A stretch of DNA of 64,000 nt from Candidatus Doudnabacteria bacterium RIFCSPHIGHO2_12_FULL_48_16 (GCA_001780035.1 MFEY01000004.1:81405-145404); one strand, 5' to 3'; positions 19,122 through 29,029 are shown, counted from the first letter of the stretch. Notes: generated from the letters alone by a model not told the origin. A program made the numbers and translations.

Positions 19122-19865
19122 TCATTCTCCCGGACTCAAGTCGAGATCGCCGATGCTTTTGATCTTGATAGGTGAAGCCGTATTCAGGTTGTAACTGTTA
19201 TACATTAATTCCACCAGCTCTTCGGTGCTTAAAACCAGGGATTTAAGACTCATACCTCCCATGGCGCCGGCAACCTGGCTGACCCGCTTCATGAGTTCTT
19301 CCCGGCTTTTGTCAAAATCAGTTTGTTTTACGGAAATCTCGCGAGCCGGGCTCAACAGATTCATGATTTTCGACATGAATCCGGTTTTCCCGCCGCCGGC
19401 GATCAAAGGTATGATGACGTAAAAAGTTTTATTCATAATGCTGGCAAACTCAATCAGCTTGCCGACGTATTCGATATATTCTTGAGTTTGCAAACGCAAC
19501 AGCTCATTGGTTTGCTGCTGCATCACCGATCTCAACTTGTCCAGATAGCTATGGATATCAAGCTTTCTTGACTGCATTAAGATCTGGATTGGAAATTCCA
19601 GCGAATTTAAAAAATTCTGGTAGGTCGCAATCAGGGCATTTTGTTCCTCGCCGCTCTTTAAAGAAAAATTGACTGACGAGACCACAAGCACCGCCCGCAG
19701 CGAACCATCCTTGAGGACCACAACGCCTTCCTTGATCTCTTTGATATCCAAATACGCCTGGGTCGATGCCGAAGGCTTGTTCCCCGTCATAGAACTGGAT
19801 TGCATCTCTTGCTGGTTCATATTAAGTGTTGTGAGCTGCGTGACCGACCAACTCTTCCTCTTCAT
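19122..19865 (-). CDS. hypothetical T4SS-associated protein (VirB4 N-terminal-domain-like)
   Basis: The motif YLDIKEIKEGVVVLKDGSLRAVLVVSSVNFSLKS...FLNSLEFPIQI resembles the VirB4/TraC N-terminal region. Confidence 0.3.
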   Translation of the reverse strand: MKRKSWSVTQLTTLNMNQQEMQSSSMTGNKPSASTQAYLDIKEIKEGVVVLKDGSLRAVLVVSSVNFSLKSGEEQNALIATYQNFLNSLEFPIQILMQSRKLDIHSYLDKLRSVMQQQTNELLRLQTQEYIEYVGKLIEFASIMNKTFYVIIPLIAGGGKTGFMSKIMNLLSPAREISVKQTDFDKSREELMKRVSQVAGAMGGMSLKSLVLSTEELVELMYNSYNLNTASPIKIKSIGDLDLSPGE

Positions 19866-20265
19866 GGACTTTTTGGTCGAGCAAATAGGCTAATTTTTTC
19901 AAGCGGCTCTCCGGAGCTTCGATAGTGGTTCGTAACTGCGGCTGTTCCTGTTGCTTGGCAACTTTTTTGATTGTGATGATCGGTTCGACCCGATGAAACA
20001 CCCGGACATGGGGTTTGGATAAAAAATTTATAAAAGCTCCGATAAAACCAACCATGGGCCGGCCGTTAAATTTAGCGAAAGCCAAGGCCAGGCCCAATAC
20101 GGCAAACGGGAAGGAAAAAAAGAAAAAGAATACTGAAATTTTTAAAACTGAATAAAATAAGAGGATGATCCCGCCGGTCAGCAATAAAATCAAGAATTGC
20201 TTGAGGGTCAACGGACCGATCAGTTTATCCTCGACATCGGTAAATTGAGGGATGGCATACTGCAT
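19822..20265 (-). CDS. small two-TM membrane protein, VirB3/PrgI-like candidate
   Basis: Two hydrophobic helices (FLILLLTGGIILLFYSVL and AVLGLALAFA) followed by a charged tail. It lies upstream of the VirB4-like gene. Confidence 0.35.
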   Translation of the reverse strand: MQYAIPQFTDVEDKLIGPLTLKQFLILLLTGGIILLFYSVLKISVFFFFFSFPFAVLGLALAFAKFNGRPMVGFIGAFINFLSKPHVRVFHRVEPIITIKKVAKQQEQPQLRTTIEAPESRLKKLAYLLDQKVHEEEELVGHAAHNT

Positions 20266-20292
20266 GAAATATTGAATATGAATTATGAACTA

Positions 20293-20655
20293 TTAAAGAT
20301 TTTTAATAGTTCCCATTAACATTGCGCCAATTTTTTTCGAAAGCGAACTGGCGTTTTCGTACTCAGGTTTAGATATTAATCCTTCAGCAAACGAAAACTC
20401 GATAAGGTATTCGGATTCTTTTAGTGACCCGAACGATATTAGTAAAAAATTTTTGTGACTTTTGTCGCTCATGCGGGCATAACCCTCAATGTAATTTAAA
20501 ACCACAGAAAGACTCGCTCGTCGTAATTGAGAAATTATCCCATATATCTCATTTTTCGGAAATTTACGGGTTAAGGCGTAAATAAAATGGGCAAAATTGT
20601 CCATTTTTTGCCGTAATTGCTGATGGAAAATCATATTTATTTTAGTTTCAAGCAT
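20293..20655 (-). CDS. four-helix-bundle protein (23S rRNA-IVS / Avd-like family)
   Basis: Roughly 120 aa with a four-helix-bundle pattern. Family assignment is by similarity to the other copies, and confidence is moderate. Confidence 0.55.
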   Translation of the reverse strand: MLETKINMIFHQQLRQKMDNFAHFIYALTRKFPKNEIYGIISQLRRASLSVVLNYIEGYARMSDKSHKNFLLISFGSLKESEYLIEFSFAEGLISKPEYENASSLSKKIGAMLMGTIKNL

Positions 20656-20722
20656 TTTGATTTATATTTCAAATTTCATCCTTTATACTTCAAACATTAT
20701 ACCATAAAGGGCAAGACTTATC

Positions 20723-20749
20723 AAAAAAGCCCGGACGGGCTTATTTTAT
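20723..20749 (-). terminator. Rho-independent terminator (bidirectional)
   Basis: GCCCG-ga-CGGGC flanked by an A6 run and a T run. It sits immediately after the PIN gene stop. Confidence 0.6.
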
Positions 20750-21181
20750 GAAGTTTGAGAGCCAATTTACCCACCCCTCGCCTTCATCCTCCCAAATGCT
20801 CCAGAATTCCGCCGGCCGGACAATCCGCACCCCATGATACTTTTCCAATTTCAACAGATGCAAATCCGACGTGATCAAATAGTCTGCGCCGCTTGCTACG
20901 GCTGACTCTAAAATTTTATCGTCCTCAGGATCTTCCACAATCCGCAATTTCTCGCCCGTTGCCACGGGTTGGACGACTTCGAAAAAATATTCCAGCTTTT
21001 TAAGATAACCTTCGTCCGAAATTTTTCTCCGGGCCAAAAATTTATTTTCATTCAAGGTTGCCCGATTGGCGTAAGCCATAATCTGGTTGGCGATCACCAA
21101 ATCCAAGATTCTGTTTGCATACCGGTAATAATCTTCCGAAGCATCAATCAGCACATTGGTATCAATCACGACTTTGAGCAT
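20741..21181 (-). CDS. PIN-domain nuclease (VapC-like)
   Basis: VIDTNVLID at the N-terminus. Acidic residues in DPEDDKILESA and YLITSD match the PIN catalytic arrangement. Confidence 0.7.
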   Translation of the reverse strand: MLKVVIDTNVLIDASEDYYRYANRILDLVIANQIMAYANRATLNENKFLARRKISDEGYLKKLEYFFEVVQPVATGEKLRIVEDPEDDKILESAVASGADYLITSDLHLLKLEKYHGVRIVRPAEFWSIWEDEGEGWVNWLSNFIK

Positions 21182-21312
21182 GAGTTAAAAATGACTAATT
21201 ACTAATTTCTAATGACAAATAAAATTTTAAATTAAAAATGTCTAATGGTTTAATCATTGAGACATTATATCATTTTATTAGAAATTTGTAATTGGAAATT
21301 TGACATTCCGAC

Positions 21313-22614
21313 TTATAGCCGTTCTATTTCCTTCCGCAAATCCGCCATGGCCTCAAACTCGGCTTGGGTCATTTCTCCGGCGGCACCAGAACCGACCACC
21401 TTTGAATTGCCGTGAGCCATGTATGATTTGAATAAAGGGCTTTGTTCAAAAGCCGTGACCGCATAGTAAGGCAAAACATTGTTGGCTCGGGCCAAATTAG
21501 AAATTAGAGATTTTAAATTGGAAATTTGCGACTGCAAACTTCCTTGGCGCAAAAAACTCAAGTCAAGTTTTTTTAGATCATCGATAGTTTGAATCACTGA
21601 CATACGCGGACTGGACGCGGAATGCGGTGGACGTGTCTCGTCTTTGCGAGCGGCCATTTGACTAAGCACTGCTGTCGATGGCCGCGAAGCAATCTCTGAT
21701 TTGTGCCCGGGCAATTCGACGGTCTTGACTTCCCGTTGTATTTCTTGCGGAGTCATGGATATGGCCGGTTGAGGCTTGGGAGTAAATTTAACCGTCCCGG
21801 CTTGCATTTTGGCCTTAAATTCCTCCAAGGGAGCGCCGTGCGGAATTGGTGGCTTGCTTATGATCGGAAAAGCAATCTTCGGGCTAGTGGGCACGGGAGG
21901 GGTTGGGCGCAGAATCGACGACTGGGGGGTTCTTTCCACCACCGGGATATTCTTGGGATATTTAAGGTGATTATACACAGTTAGAATATTGGTGAGGAGT
22001 TGCCGGTCAGCCATGCTTAAGGTTTTCACATTGGGACTTGAATAAAAATACTGAGTCATCTCATAAGTCCCGGTTCTCAGTTTGGCCGGATCGGAATAGC
22101 TAATATAATCTTTCAGCCAATTGGCTATCGAGCCGATGACCTTGTCGCCCGATTTAAGGATCAAGGCTTGCGGGCCCAAAATTTCCTGATTACGGATTAA
22201 AGCGTCAATGAACATCTGACGTTCTCCGGCATCAGGGCCAATGCCCAATTCAAACATTCGCAGATACCGCTCCAAGCAATAGACGATGTCAATTTGCTTT
22301 TTGATTGACGGAATCACATTGCGCACCAAAATCCGCTCCTTGATTTTTTTGGTCTGATTTTGCAAAGACTGCCATTCCAGGGTTGATAAAACCACAAGCA
22401 GCCGGGCCGAAATATTTTGGTTCCGGATTGCTTTGCTGTTCTCTAAGAGTTTGGCCAACAAATCATAAAATTCCCTGGCCAAACCTGGCTCATAATTATA
22501 CATCGGATCCGCGGCAATTTTTTCGATCTGAATTATAACTTGCTGATTATTCAACTCATCCGGGGTCAGATGGTCGAGATCCTCTACTTGTATATTTTCT
22601 ATTTGAATGGTCAT
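21313..22614 (-). CDS. hypothetical protein (T4SS locus)
   Basis: A 433-aa ORF. Its stop overlaps the upstream gene start by 4 nt (ATGA), suggesting translational coupling. Confidence 0.35.
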   Translation of the reverse strand: MTIQIENIQVEDLDHLTPDELNNQQVIIQIEKIAADPMYNYEPGLAREFYDLLAKLLENSKAIRNQNISARLLVVLSTLEWQSLQNQTKKIKERILVRNVIPSIKKQIDIVYCLERYLRMFELGIGPDAGERQMFIDALIRNQEILGPQALILKSGDKVIGSIANWLKDYISYSDPAKLRTGTYEMTQYFYSSPNVKTLSMADRQLLTNILTVYNHLKYPKNIPVVERTPQSSILRPTPPVPTSPKIAFPIISKPPIPHGAPLEEFKAKMQAGTVKFTPKPQPAISMTPQEIQREVKTVELPGHKSEIASRPSTAVLSQMAARKDETRPPHSASSPRMSVIQTIDDLKKLDLSFLRQGSLQSQISNLKSLISNLARANNVLPYYAVTAFEQSPLFKSYMAHGNSKVVGSGAAGEMTQAEFEAMADLRKEIERL

Positions 22615-25600
22615 GGTCTGATTGGGTTACCTTCCCTGTCGATAGGGTTACCTCGGGCGTCAGTAAGAAAAGGTGCGGCTGGCGGCGCGGGCGGCTGAGG
22701 AACTTGAGCGCGCTGTTGTTGGCCGCCTCCTCCACCATCTACATTCTGTGCGCCTTTGGCTTGAGCGGCTTTCTTCATTACAAAAGAATAATTAAAATCA
22801 ACCGCTCTGTCACCATCCACGAAAACTTCTCTTTTGGCCGGGTCAGACTCGTAATTCAGATAAAGTTTCATGGTGGATAGCCCGCCTCTTTGGTTCTGGG
22901 GCAATCCCAATTTTTCCGCATACAACACTTGGGCCTGATCTCTCTGGTGAGTCCACAAATTCTGAACTTTTCTCAATTCATCGGAATTGTTAATGATCAG
23001 CCGGCCGTCATGCGTAACTTTCGTGGCCAGTTGGGTATCCTTAACCCGTGGTTGAATGTTCTGCACGCGATCCAGAGTTACCGGATCATTCATCAAATTA
23101 TTCTGCTGATCATAAAAGGCCTTCGAGGCGTCTGTGATATCGGTGGCACCCCAGTAAGTATTTCTGATTTCTTTACCATCGGTTCGAACATCAAACATCA
23201 GCTTGCCGTTAGCATCCCGCTTCTGCTCAGGCTCGGTAAACATCAGCTCGCCGGTATTCGCATTCCGCTTCTGCTGCCCGGTCGCCTCATCCATTATTGG
23301 TTTGACCGTCGTTGGATCCATGATCGGAGTTTTGCTCGTAATGATTTTTCCATCTGCATCCAACTCACCCATAATCGGCGCCAGACCGTGGGGAGCCATA
23401 GTGACCAAATCATTGACCTTTTTCTTGCTAAACTCACCTTTGGCATAATCGGCCTGATGAGTATTATCAAGTGTCTTGATCTTATGGCCAAAGCCGTTGT
23501 CTCTTTCCGGCCCGACTTCCTTCATGCCCTCTTCCCACATGCTGGTATCTGGATTGAAGAAAGTGTGTCCCAAGTATTCCGGATGATTGGTATTTTTGCC
23601 CATATCCTCCATATCTTCTCCGATAAACCGCATGGCCTGCTCGCCTTTTCCCAAATAAGTCATTAATAACCGGTGAACGGTGTCCGGGCTATTAATGGCC
23701 ACTGACTGGGTGCCGTCGGGGTGCGTGATTTTCTCTCCATATTTTTCAGTAAAATGCTTCATTCTCATTAAATCATCAGTAAAGCCGTTGGCCGCGACTG
23801 CCTTCATTATTGCCAACCGGGTCGTTTCCCCTTCATGGCCGCCGATACCTTCGGCTTCGACCGCCAGCTGCATCAACTGCTCTTTCTTCATATCGGTCAA
23901 AAACTTCAGCTTTTCATTTTCCGCTCGTCGTTCGACCAATTGCGCATGCGGTAGGGTCGTGCCGGTCCATAAGCGTTCGGCGATTTGTTGGCCATAAGCG
24001 GTGGCGAGCTCTGTTTGATGGTGAGCCAGTTCTTCGCCTCTTTTCGAAAAACCCTTATACGTGCCGACTGGATTAAGCGCGGCATAAGCAAATCGGGCCA
24101 GTTTGCTCGGCTTCTTGCCGCCTTCCGTATGCAGCAATTTGCCCGTGGCTTCGTTATATTTTCGGCCGGCAAAACGGCCCATCCCGTGGCCAATCCCCTT
24201 TAGGGCTGCTGTAGCCGTTCCTTGCACCCCATGCACAATCATCTCCCCGCCCACCATGCCGGCTTCCTTGGCCACCAACAATGACGCGGCCAGAAATGCG
24301 CATAAAATCCAAAATTTAAACGAGGTGTTCTCCGCTCCGGTAATCGCAAATCGCGGGTCGTTGGCGACCAGGATGGTCAACCGGATCATAAACATGGCCA
24401 CCGGCGCCCAGATTAAATATTTAACAAAATGGCTCCACCACTCTTCCGAATATTTTTCCGTAGCCGGCAAAATCCGGGCCACATAAGCCACCGGCGAAAA
24501 AATGATCAGGACATAGAGCCCGACCAGCCGGATAATAAACATCGCGGCCAAAGCCAGATAAACCACCAGCCCCACGATCGCGTAAGCGATCTTGCCAAGA
24601 CCCAGGGCCAAACCCTCCTGCCAGCTGACATTGCCGCTGAATAACTCCTTAAAATCCAGCACGCTGAAAATCGCGCCCATGACCCCGTCGAGCCCATTGC
24701 CGCGGAAAATCAAAGCCAACAAATTGACCGCCTTCATGATCTCGACCGCGATAACCTGGCTAAAGTTAACCAAAATTGCCATGATGACCAGGTGGCCGAG
24801 CAAGTGGCGATAATCATAACTTTCGATATGCAAAATCGCAGCCAGAGCAATCACAATCAAAATGATAATAAAGAACATGTTGCAGATATCGCGAACGATT
24901 GCCCAACCGATATTGACCGCGGCAGGCATGGTCGAGATATCCAGGGCCGCTCCGGATGCATACGAGAACACTTCCGCCGCCAAGGCCGTCAAAATCGAAA
25001 GAGCGGAGGCCACGACGGACAAAACCATATTTAAGATCCAGCCAATGAAATCCCCACCGGCTGAAGCGCCCACGATCTTACCAACGTTCGCTTTCTGTTT
25101 GGTTGCCCATTGATCTTGAGTAAATGTAGTCCCTAAGACCAATTTAGTTTGAAAATTAAGAGCCAAGGTGCTTCGGGCGAGCTTGCCGTCTTTATTCCAA
25201 AATCCATTGGTGTCTACTTGGACAGTGCCGTCGACCACCTCACAAATTGTCGTGGGACGTTGGGCGTTAATCGGTCCGGTTAACCCTTGTCCCAACGCGG
25301 CTTTGAGATCCCCACCGGTTACTATGCTGACCAATCTGGACAATATATCGCAATTGGCCTTGCTGGCCGGGTTATTGGCAGCGTCAAAATCAGTTTTTGT
25401 AACTTTTACTGCCGGCGTCTTGGCGGACGGCGTCCAGGTTCCGCCCGCTGCAATGCAACCCTTTTGCCAACGATCAGGACCCGTACCGACCGGAGCCACA
25501 GGGGATGTTGCACCAGTGCAGGTCCCGTCGTCCGAAACCTGGGCAAACGCCAAATTCGCCAATGCAAAATTAGCGAGCAGGACAAGTGCTAGCAGTTGGA

Positions 25601-25631
25601 TTATTCGGTTATGTTTCGGGTTCGAGGACAT
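22611..25631 (-). CDS. VirB6/TrbL-like polytopic membrane protein with a large C-terminal hydrophilic domain
   Basis: Signal peptide, a block of at least six TM helices (about residues 200-480), then a hydrophilic tail of about 500 aa ending in a G- and P-rich segment. It sits in a VirB4 neighbourhood. Confidence 0.45.
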   Translation of the reverse strand: MSSNPKHNRIIQLLALVLLANFALANLAFAQVSDDGTCTGATSPVAPVGTGPDRWQKGCIAAGGTWTPSAKTPAVKVTKTDFDAANNPASKANCDILSRLVSIVTGGDLKAALGQGLTGPINAQRPTTICEVVDGTVQVDTNGFWNKDGKLARSTLALNFQTKLVLGTTFTQDQWATKQKANVGKIVGASAGGDFIGWILNMVLSVVASALSILTALAAEVFSYASGAALDISTMPAAVNIGWAIVRDICNMFFIIILIVIALAAILHIESYDYRHLLGHLVIMAILVNFSQVIAVEIMKAVNLLALIFRGNGLDGVMGAIFSVLDFKELFSGNVSWQEGLALGLGKIAYAIVGLVVYLALAAMFIIRLVGLYVLIIFSPVAYVARILPATEKYSEEWWSHFVKYLIWAPVAMFMIRLTILVANDPRFAITGAENTSFKFWILCAFLAASLLVAKEAGMVGGEMIVHGVQGTATAALKGIGHGMGRFAGRKYNEATGKLLHTEGGKKPSKLARFAYAALNPVGTYKGFSKRGEELAHHQTELATAYGQQIAERLWTGTTLPHAQLVERRAENEKLKFLTDMKKEQLMQLAVEAEGIGGHEGETTRLAIMKAVAANGFTDDLMRMKHFTEKYGEKITHPDGTQSVAINSPDTVHRLLMTYLGKGEQAMRFIGEDMEDMGKNTNHPEYLGHTFFNPDTSMWEEGMKEVGPERDNGFGHKIKTLDNTHQADYAKGEFSKKKVNDLVTMAPHGLAPIMGELDADGKIITSKTPIMDPTTVKPIMDEATGQQKRNANTGELMFTEPEQKRDANGKLMFDVRTDGKEIRNTYWGATDITDASKAFYDQQNNLMNDPVTLDRVQNIQPRVKDTQLATKVTHDGRLIINNSDELRKVQNLWTHQRDQAQVLYAEKLGLPQNQRGGLSTMKLYLNYESDPAKREVFVDGDRAVDFNYSFVMKKAAQAKGAQNVDGGGGGQQQRAQVPQPPAPPAAPFLTDARGNPIDREGNPIRP

Positions 25632-25708
25632 GGGGGTTTAAAATTTCAAATGTCAAATTACAAATGTCAAACAAAATACTTAGTTTTGAAATTTGTTATT
25701 TGTCATTT

Positions 25709-27820
25709 CTAACATGGCGTATTAGTGAGGTAACACGCGTCGGCCGGATCACCCGGGTCAATCGGGGCGGAATAATGGACTCCCGGATCACCGGATGGCG
25801 GCATCGGCAGCCAGGCCGGGATATTGGTTTCGCTGACGCTGCCCAAGATATCAACTCCAGAATTATCGGGATAGGAGAACACGTCGGCAGAGAAGCCGTT
25901 GCATTGACTGGTATGGTAAGTGACCGTCAGCCCGGCGCCTTCTCCCCGCAGGGCCCAGGCGACGCGTTTGACGATTTCAAATCCCCCGCAATAGCTGTTC
26001 AGGGCAATGCCTTTGGATTCGACGTATCGTTTGACATTGGCGACCAGCTCCGTGCGATCGGCGGACTTGCAGGCAATGTTGTCCGGCTCATCGACGCAAG
26101 TCGGACCGTCTTCGTCGCCTTCATCGCCCGGATCAATAATGTCCGGCGGAACCACCTCCCCGGCCGCCTGGACATTGGGGTTGTCGCACCGGCCAATGGC
26201 TGCTTTGGTGTCCTTCAAATATTGAAGCATATCCTGGTTGCTCTGAATCAGAGCACCCAAGCCGCCGCCGCCGTTGCCGCGCAGGCGGGAGAGATCCATG
26301 TCCTGATCCTTCTGGATCGATTGGCTCATTTTCGACAGGAAATGCTGATAGCGGCTGATCGCAATTTCCATATTGTCGAAATAATTGCTCCGGTAATTTT
26401 GAATATTGTTAAGCAGGTTATCGATCGCCGAATCCGCCAGACCGGCGCGGCGGGCCCAGATATCAGCATCAGACTTGTTTACAAAATTGTCGCCGTCCGG
26501 CTTGATATGATCTTTGTGCGTCAAAATAAAGTCGTTAAATTCGGCCAGCGCGGCTACGGCCTGATCCAGGGATTGGCAGATCGGCGTAAAATAAGGCGAG
26601 GTTTTGACTTCGCTGGATTTTTTGCAATTCGGCGCCGTGCCGCCGTGGTAACAAACGTCGGAGATAGTATTGAGCTGATTGTCGCCGTCGACGTCCTGGC
26701 CCTCCGGAATATTGTCACCATCCAGATCAAGATCCCGAATCAGCGGCGCCACGCCGTTATCGGCTTGATAGCCGCTGCCGGATTCGTTAAAGGTCCCGCC
26801 GGATTTGGTGAGGTTTAATTTATTAAAAATGAAACTGCCCAGCAGCGACCCGATGGTGCTGTAGAGATTGTCATGGAGGCCAAAGTTATCCTGGAAGACG
26901 GTCTGAATCGCATTCGTGGCAAAATTATGGATGAACGCGGATGGATTCTGAATGGCGGACTGAGCAATCCCGGTGGAATCAACTTTCCACTCCCCGCCGG
27001 CGAGGATGCAATCTGACAGATTGGTAATCGGCTGCTTGGGATAATAAAAAGTCTCAGCTTCAGGATCGGACGGATCCGACGAATAGATTTCCGGATAGGA
27101 GAACTGGACGTTGGTGCAAATGCGCGGCACAATCCCGGTCGGGGTCGAGCGGTCGTTTTTCAACCCCTGGCTGTTGGCAGTTTCCGACCCGGCCGCTTTC
27201 TCCGAATCGGCGACCATGCGGCCAAACTCCCCATACAACTCTTGCTGGGTAAAATCCGGCGGACTGGAAAAATATGCCCGCGCCGCGGCAAAATAATACT
27301 TATCTTCCACGAACGCCCCATTTGGATTTAAAATCCGGTTGGAGTTGATGCCGCCCCGCTCGTAATAAAATTTATCGATTTTTTGCCGCAGCGCAGCCAT
27401 CAACGGCTTGCTGTTGCCCGAAGAGTCCGTAACCGTGGCGCGGTTATTGATGTCGCGGGCCAGCAATCCATAAATGGCGCGCAGATCGGGATCCGAAACA
27501 TTGTCGTATATATATTTATTCAAATAATATCCGGACAAGACTTTGTCGTAAGCCAGATAATCCTTAATCCGATATTTATCAATCAGTTTGTCGACAAATC
27601 TAGTCAGATATTTGTTAGCATAGCTGATGGCGATTCGCTGCGCGGCCGCCAAGCCGATGTCTTTGAAAACATCATACCAGTTGGCCACCTCGGTATTGAA
27701 TGTAAAGTCGCCGACGCCGAATAGCGCTTCAGCTGGCTTGGGTTTGATCACGAAAAACTGCCCGCCAACCAGTGAAATTAGGACCAAGCCTATGGCAATT
27801 TTTCGAAAAATCATTTTCAT
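25709..27820 (-). CDS. large secreted protein with a Cys-rich C-terminus
   Basis: Signal peptide (IAIGLVLISLVGG), acidic DxDGD-type motifs and 14 Cys residues in the last 150 aa. Confidence 0.4.
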   Translation of the reverse strand: MKMIFRKIAIGLVLISLVGGQFFVIKPKPAEALFGVGDFTFNTEVANWYDVFKDIGLAAAQRIAISYANKYLTRFVDKLIDKYRIKDYLAYDKVLSGYYLNKYIYDNVSDPDLRAIYGLLARDINNRATVTDSSGNSKPLMAALRQKIDKFYYERGGINSNRILNPNGAFVEDKYYFAAARAYFSSPPDFTQQELYGEFGRMVADSEKAAGSETANSQGLKNDRSTPTGIVPRICTNVQFSYPEIYSSDPSDPEAETFYYPKQPITNLSDCILAGGEWKVDSTGIAQSAIQNPSAFIHNFATNAIQTVFQDNFGLHDNLYSTIGSLLGSFIFNKLNLTKSGGTFNESGSGYQADNGVAPLIRDLDLDGDNIPEGQDVDGDNQLNTISDVCYHGGTAPNCKKSSEVKTSPYFTPICQSLDQAVAALAEFNDFILTHKDHIKPDGDNFVNKSDADIWARRAGLADSAIDNLLNNIQNYRSNYFDNMEIAISRYQHFLSKMSQSIQKDQDMDLSRLRGNGGGGLGALIQSNQDMLQYLKDTKAAIGRCDNPNVQAAGEVVPPDIIDPGDEGDEDGPTCVDEPDNIACKSADRTELVANVKRYVESKGIALNSYCGGFEIVKRVAWALRGEGAGLTVTYHTSQCNGFSADVFSYPDNSGVDILGSVSETNIPAWLPMPPSGDPGVHYSAPIDPGDPADACYLTNTPC

Positions 27821-27923
27821 CCCGTTAGAAATAATGATTAGTTAAATAATTAATGTTTTTGATAATCAACCCGTTGGAGTATAATTTGTCTGATGTTTTG
27901 CTATGTAAAATTTCTAACGGGAT

Positions 27924-28853
27924 TCATTGCGGGAATTCCTTGGCCAAAAATTGTTTTTCGAAATCCAGGCGTTGTTGGACCGCCAAAAATTGCTGGACTT
28001 TGTCATACCAAGCATCGCTGCCAGCGGCGGATAAATCAGTCGGTGCCGGTAAAATTTCCGACAACAGGCCAAACATGGCGATGTTATATTTATGGAACAT
28101 CAAAAATCTTTTCGGGACCGGAATGGTTTTTAATTCCATCGCGAGCAAACCGGCTTTGATCTTGATATCGGTGACCTCGGCATCGGATCCGGATTTCAAA
28201 ATCTGCGTGATGCCGGCGAGATTCTGCTGCGGAAAATATTGGCTGACGGCGGATTGCATCCGCGAGCTGTATTCGTTGTAAGCGCTGGCGGTTTCCAAGT
28301 AAACTATTTGCAGCTTGTCATCTTCCACCAGGGGCAGTGTGACCTTGGCAATATCGTTCGAATCAGCCACCATCTTCTGGATGTCTTCGGCAAAGACCAA
28401 GCTCTCCCCGAGGATGTTGTCCGGGTCGGCCTGTTGCTCAAACGTCACGCGGCCATGCTTACTCGGATCAAATCCCGCCGTGACCAGTTGCCCGTCATTG
28501 AGCGTGTCTTTGGCCGTGTAAGGATTGAGCGGCTCGGTGTGATAAAAATATTCCTGTGCATTGGTCAGCTTGTCCTGATCCGGATCGGCGTCCATCTGAC
28601 AAGTCGACTGATCGCATACGGAGCTGCCAAAGTATTCCTGCAGCCACCAGCCGGGCAGGCCAAGATCAACCGGTTTGGTATCGGCCAGGGTATTGCCGGT
28701 TTGATTATGCGGCCGGAAAAATGCTGAAATTCCGGCGACGGAGAGAGCCAAAATTAAAACAGCCAAAACAGCTTTCCGTTTGTATTTTTGGAAGCGGCCG
28801 GTGGCTGCCAGAAACGTGCCGTAATTGTGATTTTTCTTTTTGTTTCGGTGCAT
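27924..28853 (-). CDS. membrane-anchored protein with thrombospondin-type-3-like acidic repeats
   Basis: N-terminal TM helix (AVLAVLILALSVAGISAFF). DADPDQDKLTNAQE motif. Confidence 0.4.
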   Translation of the reverse strand: MHRNKKKNHNYGTFLAATGRFQKYKRKAVLAVLILALSVAGISAFFRPHNQTGNTLADTKPVDLGLPGWWLQEYFGSSVCDQSTCQMDADPDQDKLTNAQEYFYHTEPLNPYTAKDTLNDGQLVTAGFDPSKHGRVTFEQQADPDNILGESLVFAEDIQKMVADSNDIAKVTLPLVEDDKLQIVYLETASAYNEYSSRMQSAVSQYFPQQNLAGITQILKSGSDAEVTDIKIKAGLLAMELKTIPVPKRFLMFHKYNIAMFGLLSEILPAPTDLSAAGSDAWYDKVQQFLAVQQRLDFEKQFLAKEFPQ

Positions 28854-28950
28854 TGAACAATAAGACCCGGGCAGGCCTTACTCTCTCATTATTGATTGTT
28901 TTTGGGCGTTTTTGTTTTTGTTTCGAACTTTATCTCAAACTTGTATATAT

Positions 28951-28979
28951 ATTATAGCACAAAAAGCCGAACTTGTCTA
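28951..28979 (-). promoter_or_regulatory. sigma-70 promoter TAGACA-17-TGcTATAAT
   Basis: The reverse complement of 28951-28979 gives the -35, a 17-nt spacer and an extended -10. A nearly identical module lies downstream of the paralogous 4HB gene at 40309-40337. Confidence 0.5.
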
Positions 28980-29029
28980 GCCCAAAAAGAACGAACAGCG
29001 TTGAGCGTGCAGCGTAGAGAAAGGGCTAC

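Noticed and set aside
25586-26818. 410-aa plus-strand ORF
   Set aside because: It lies entirely antisense within the 703-aa secreted-protein gene. That gene has a signal peptide and is translationally linked to its neighbours. The antisense ORF is Arg/Gly/Ala-rich and low in complexity.
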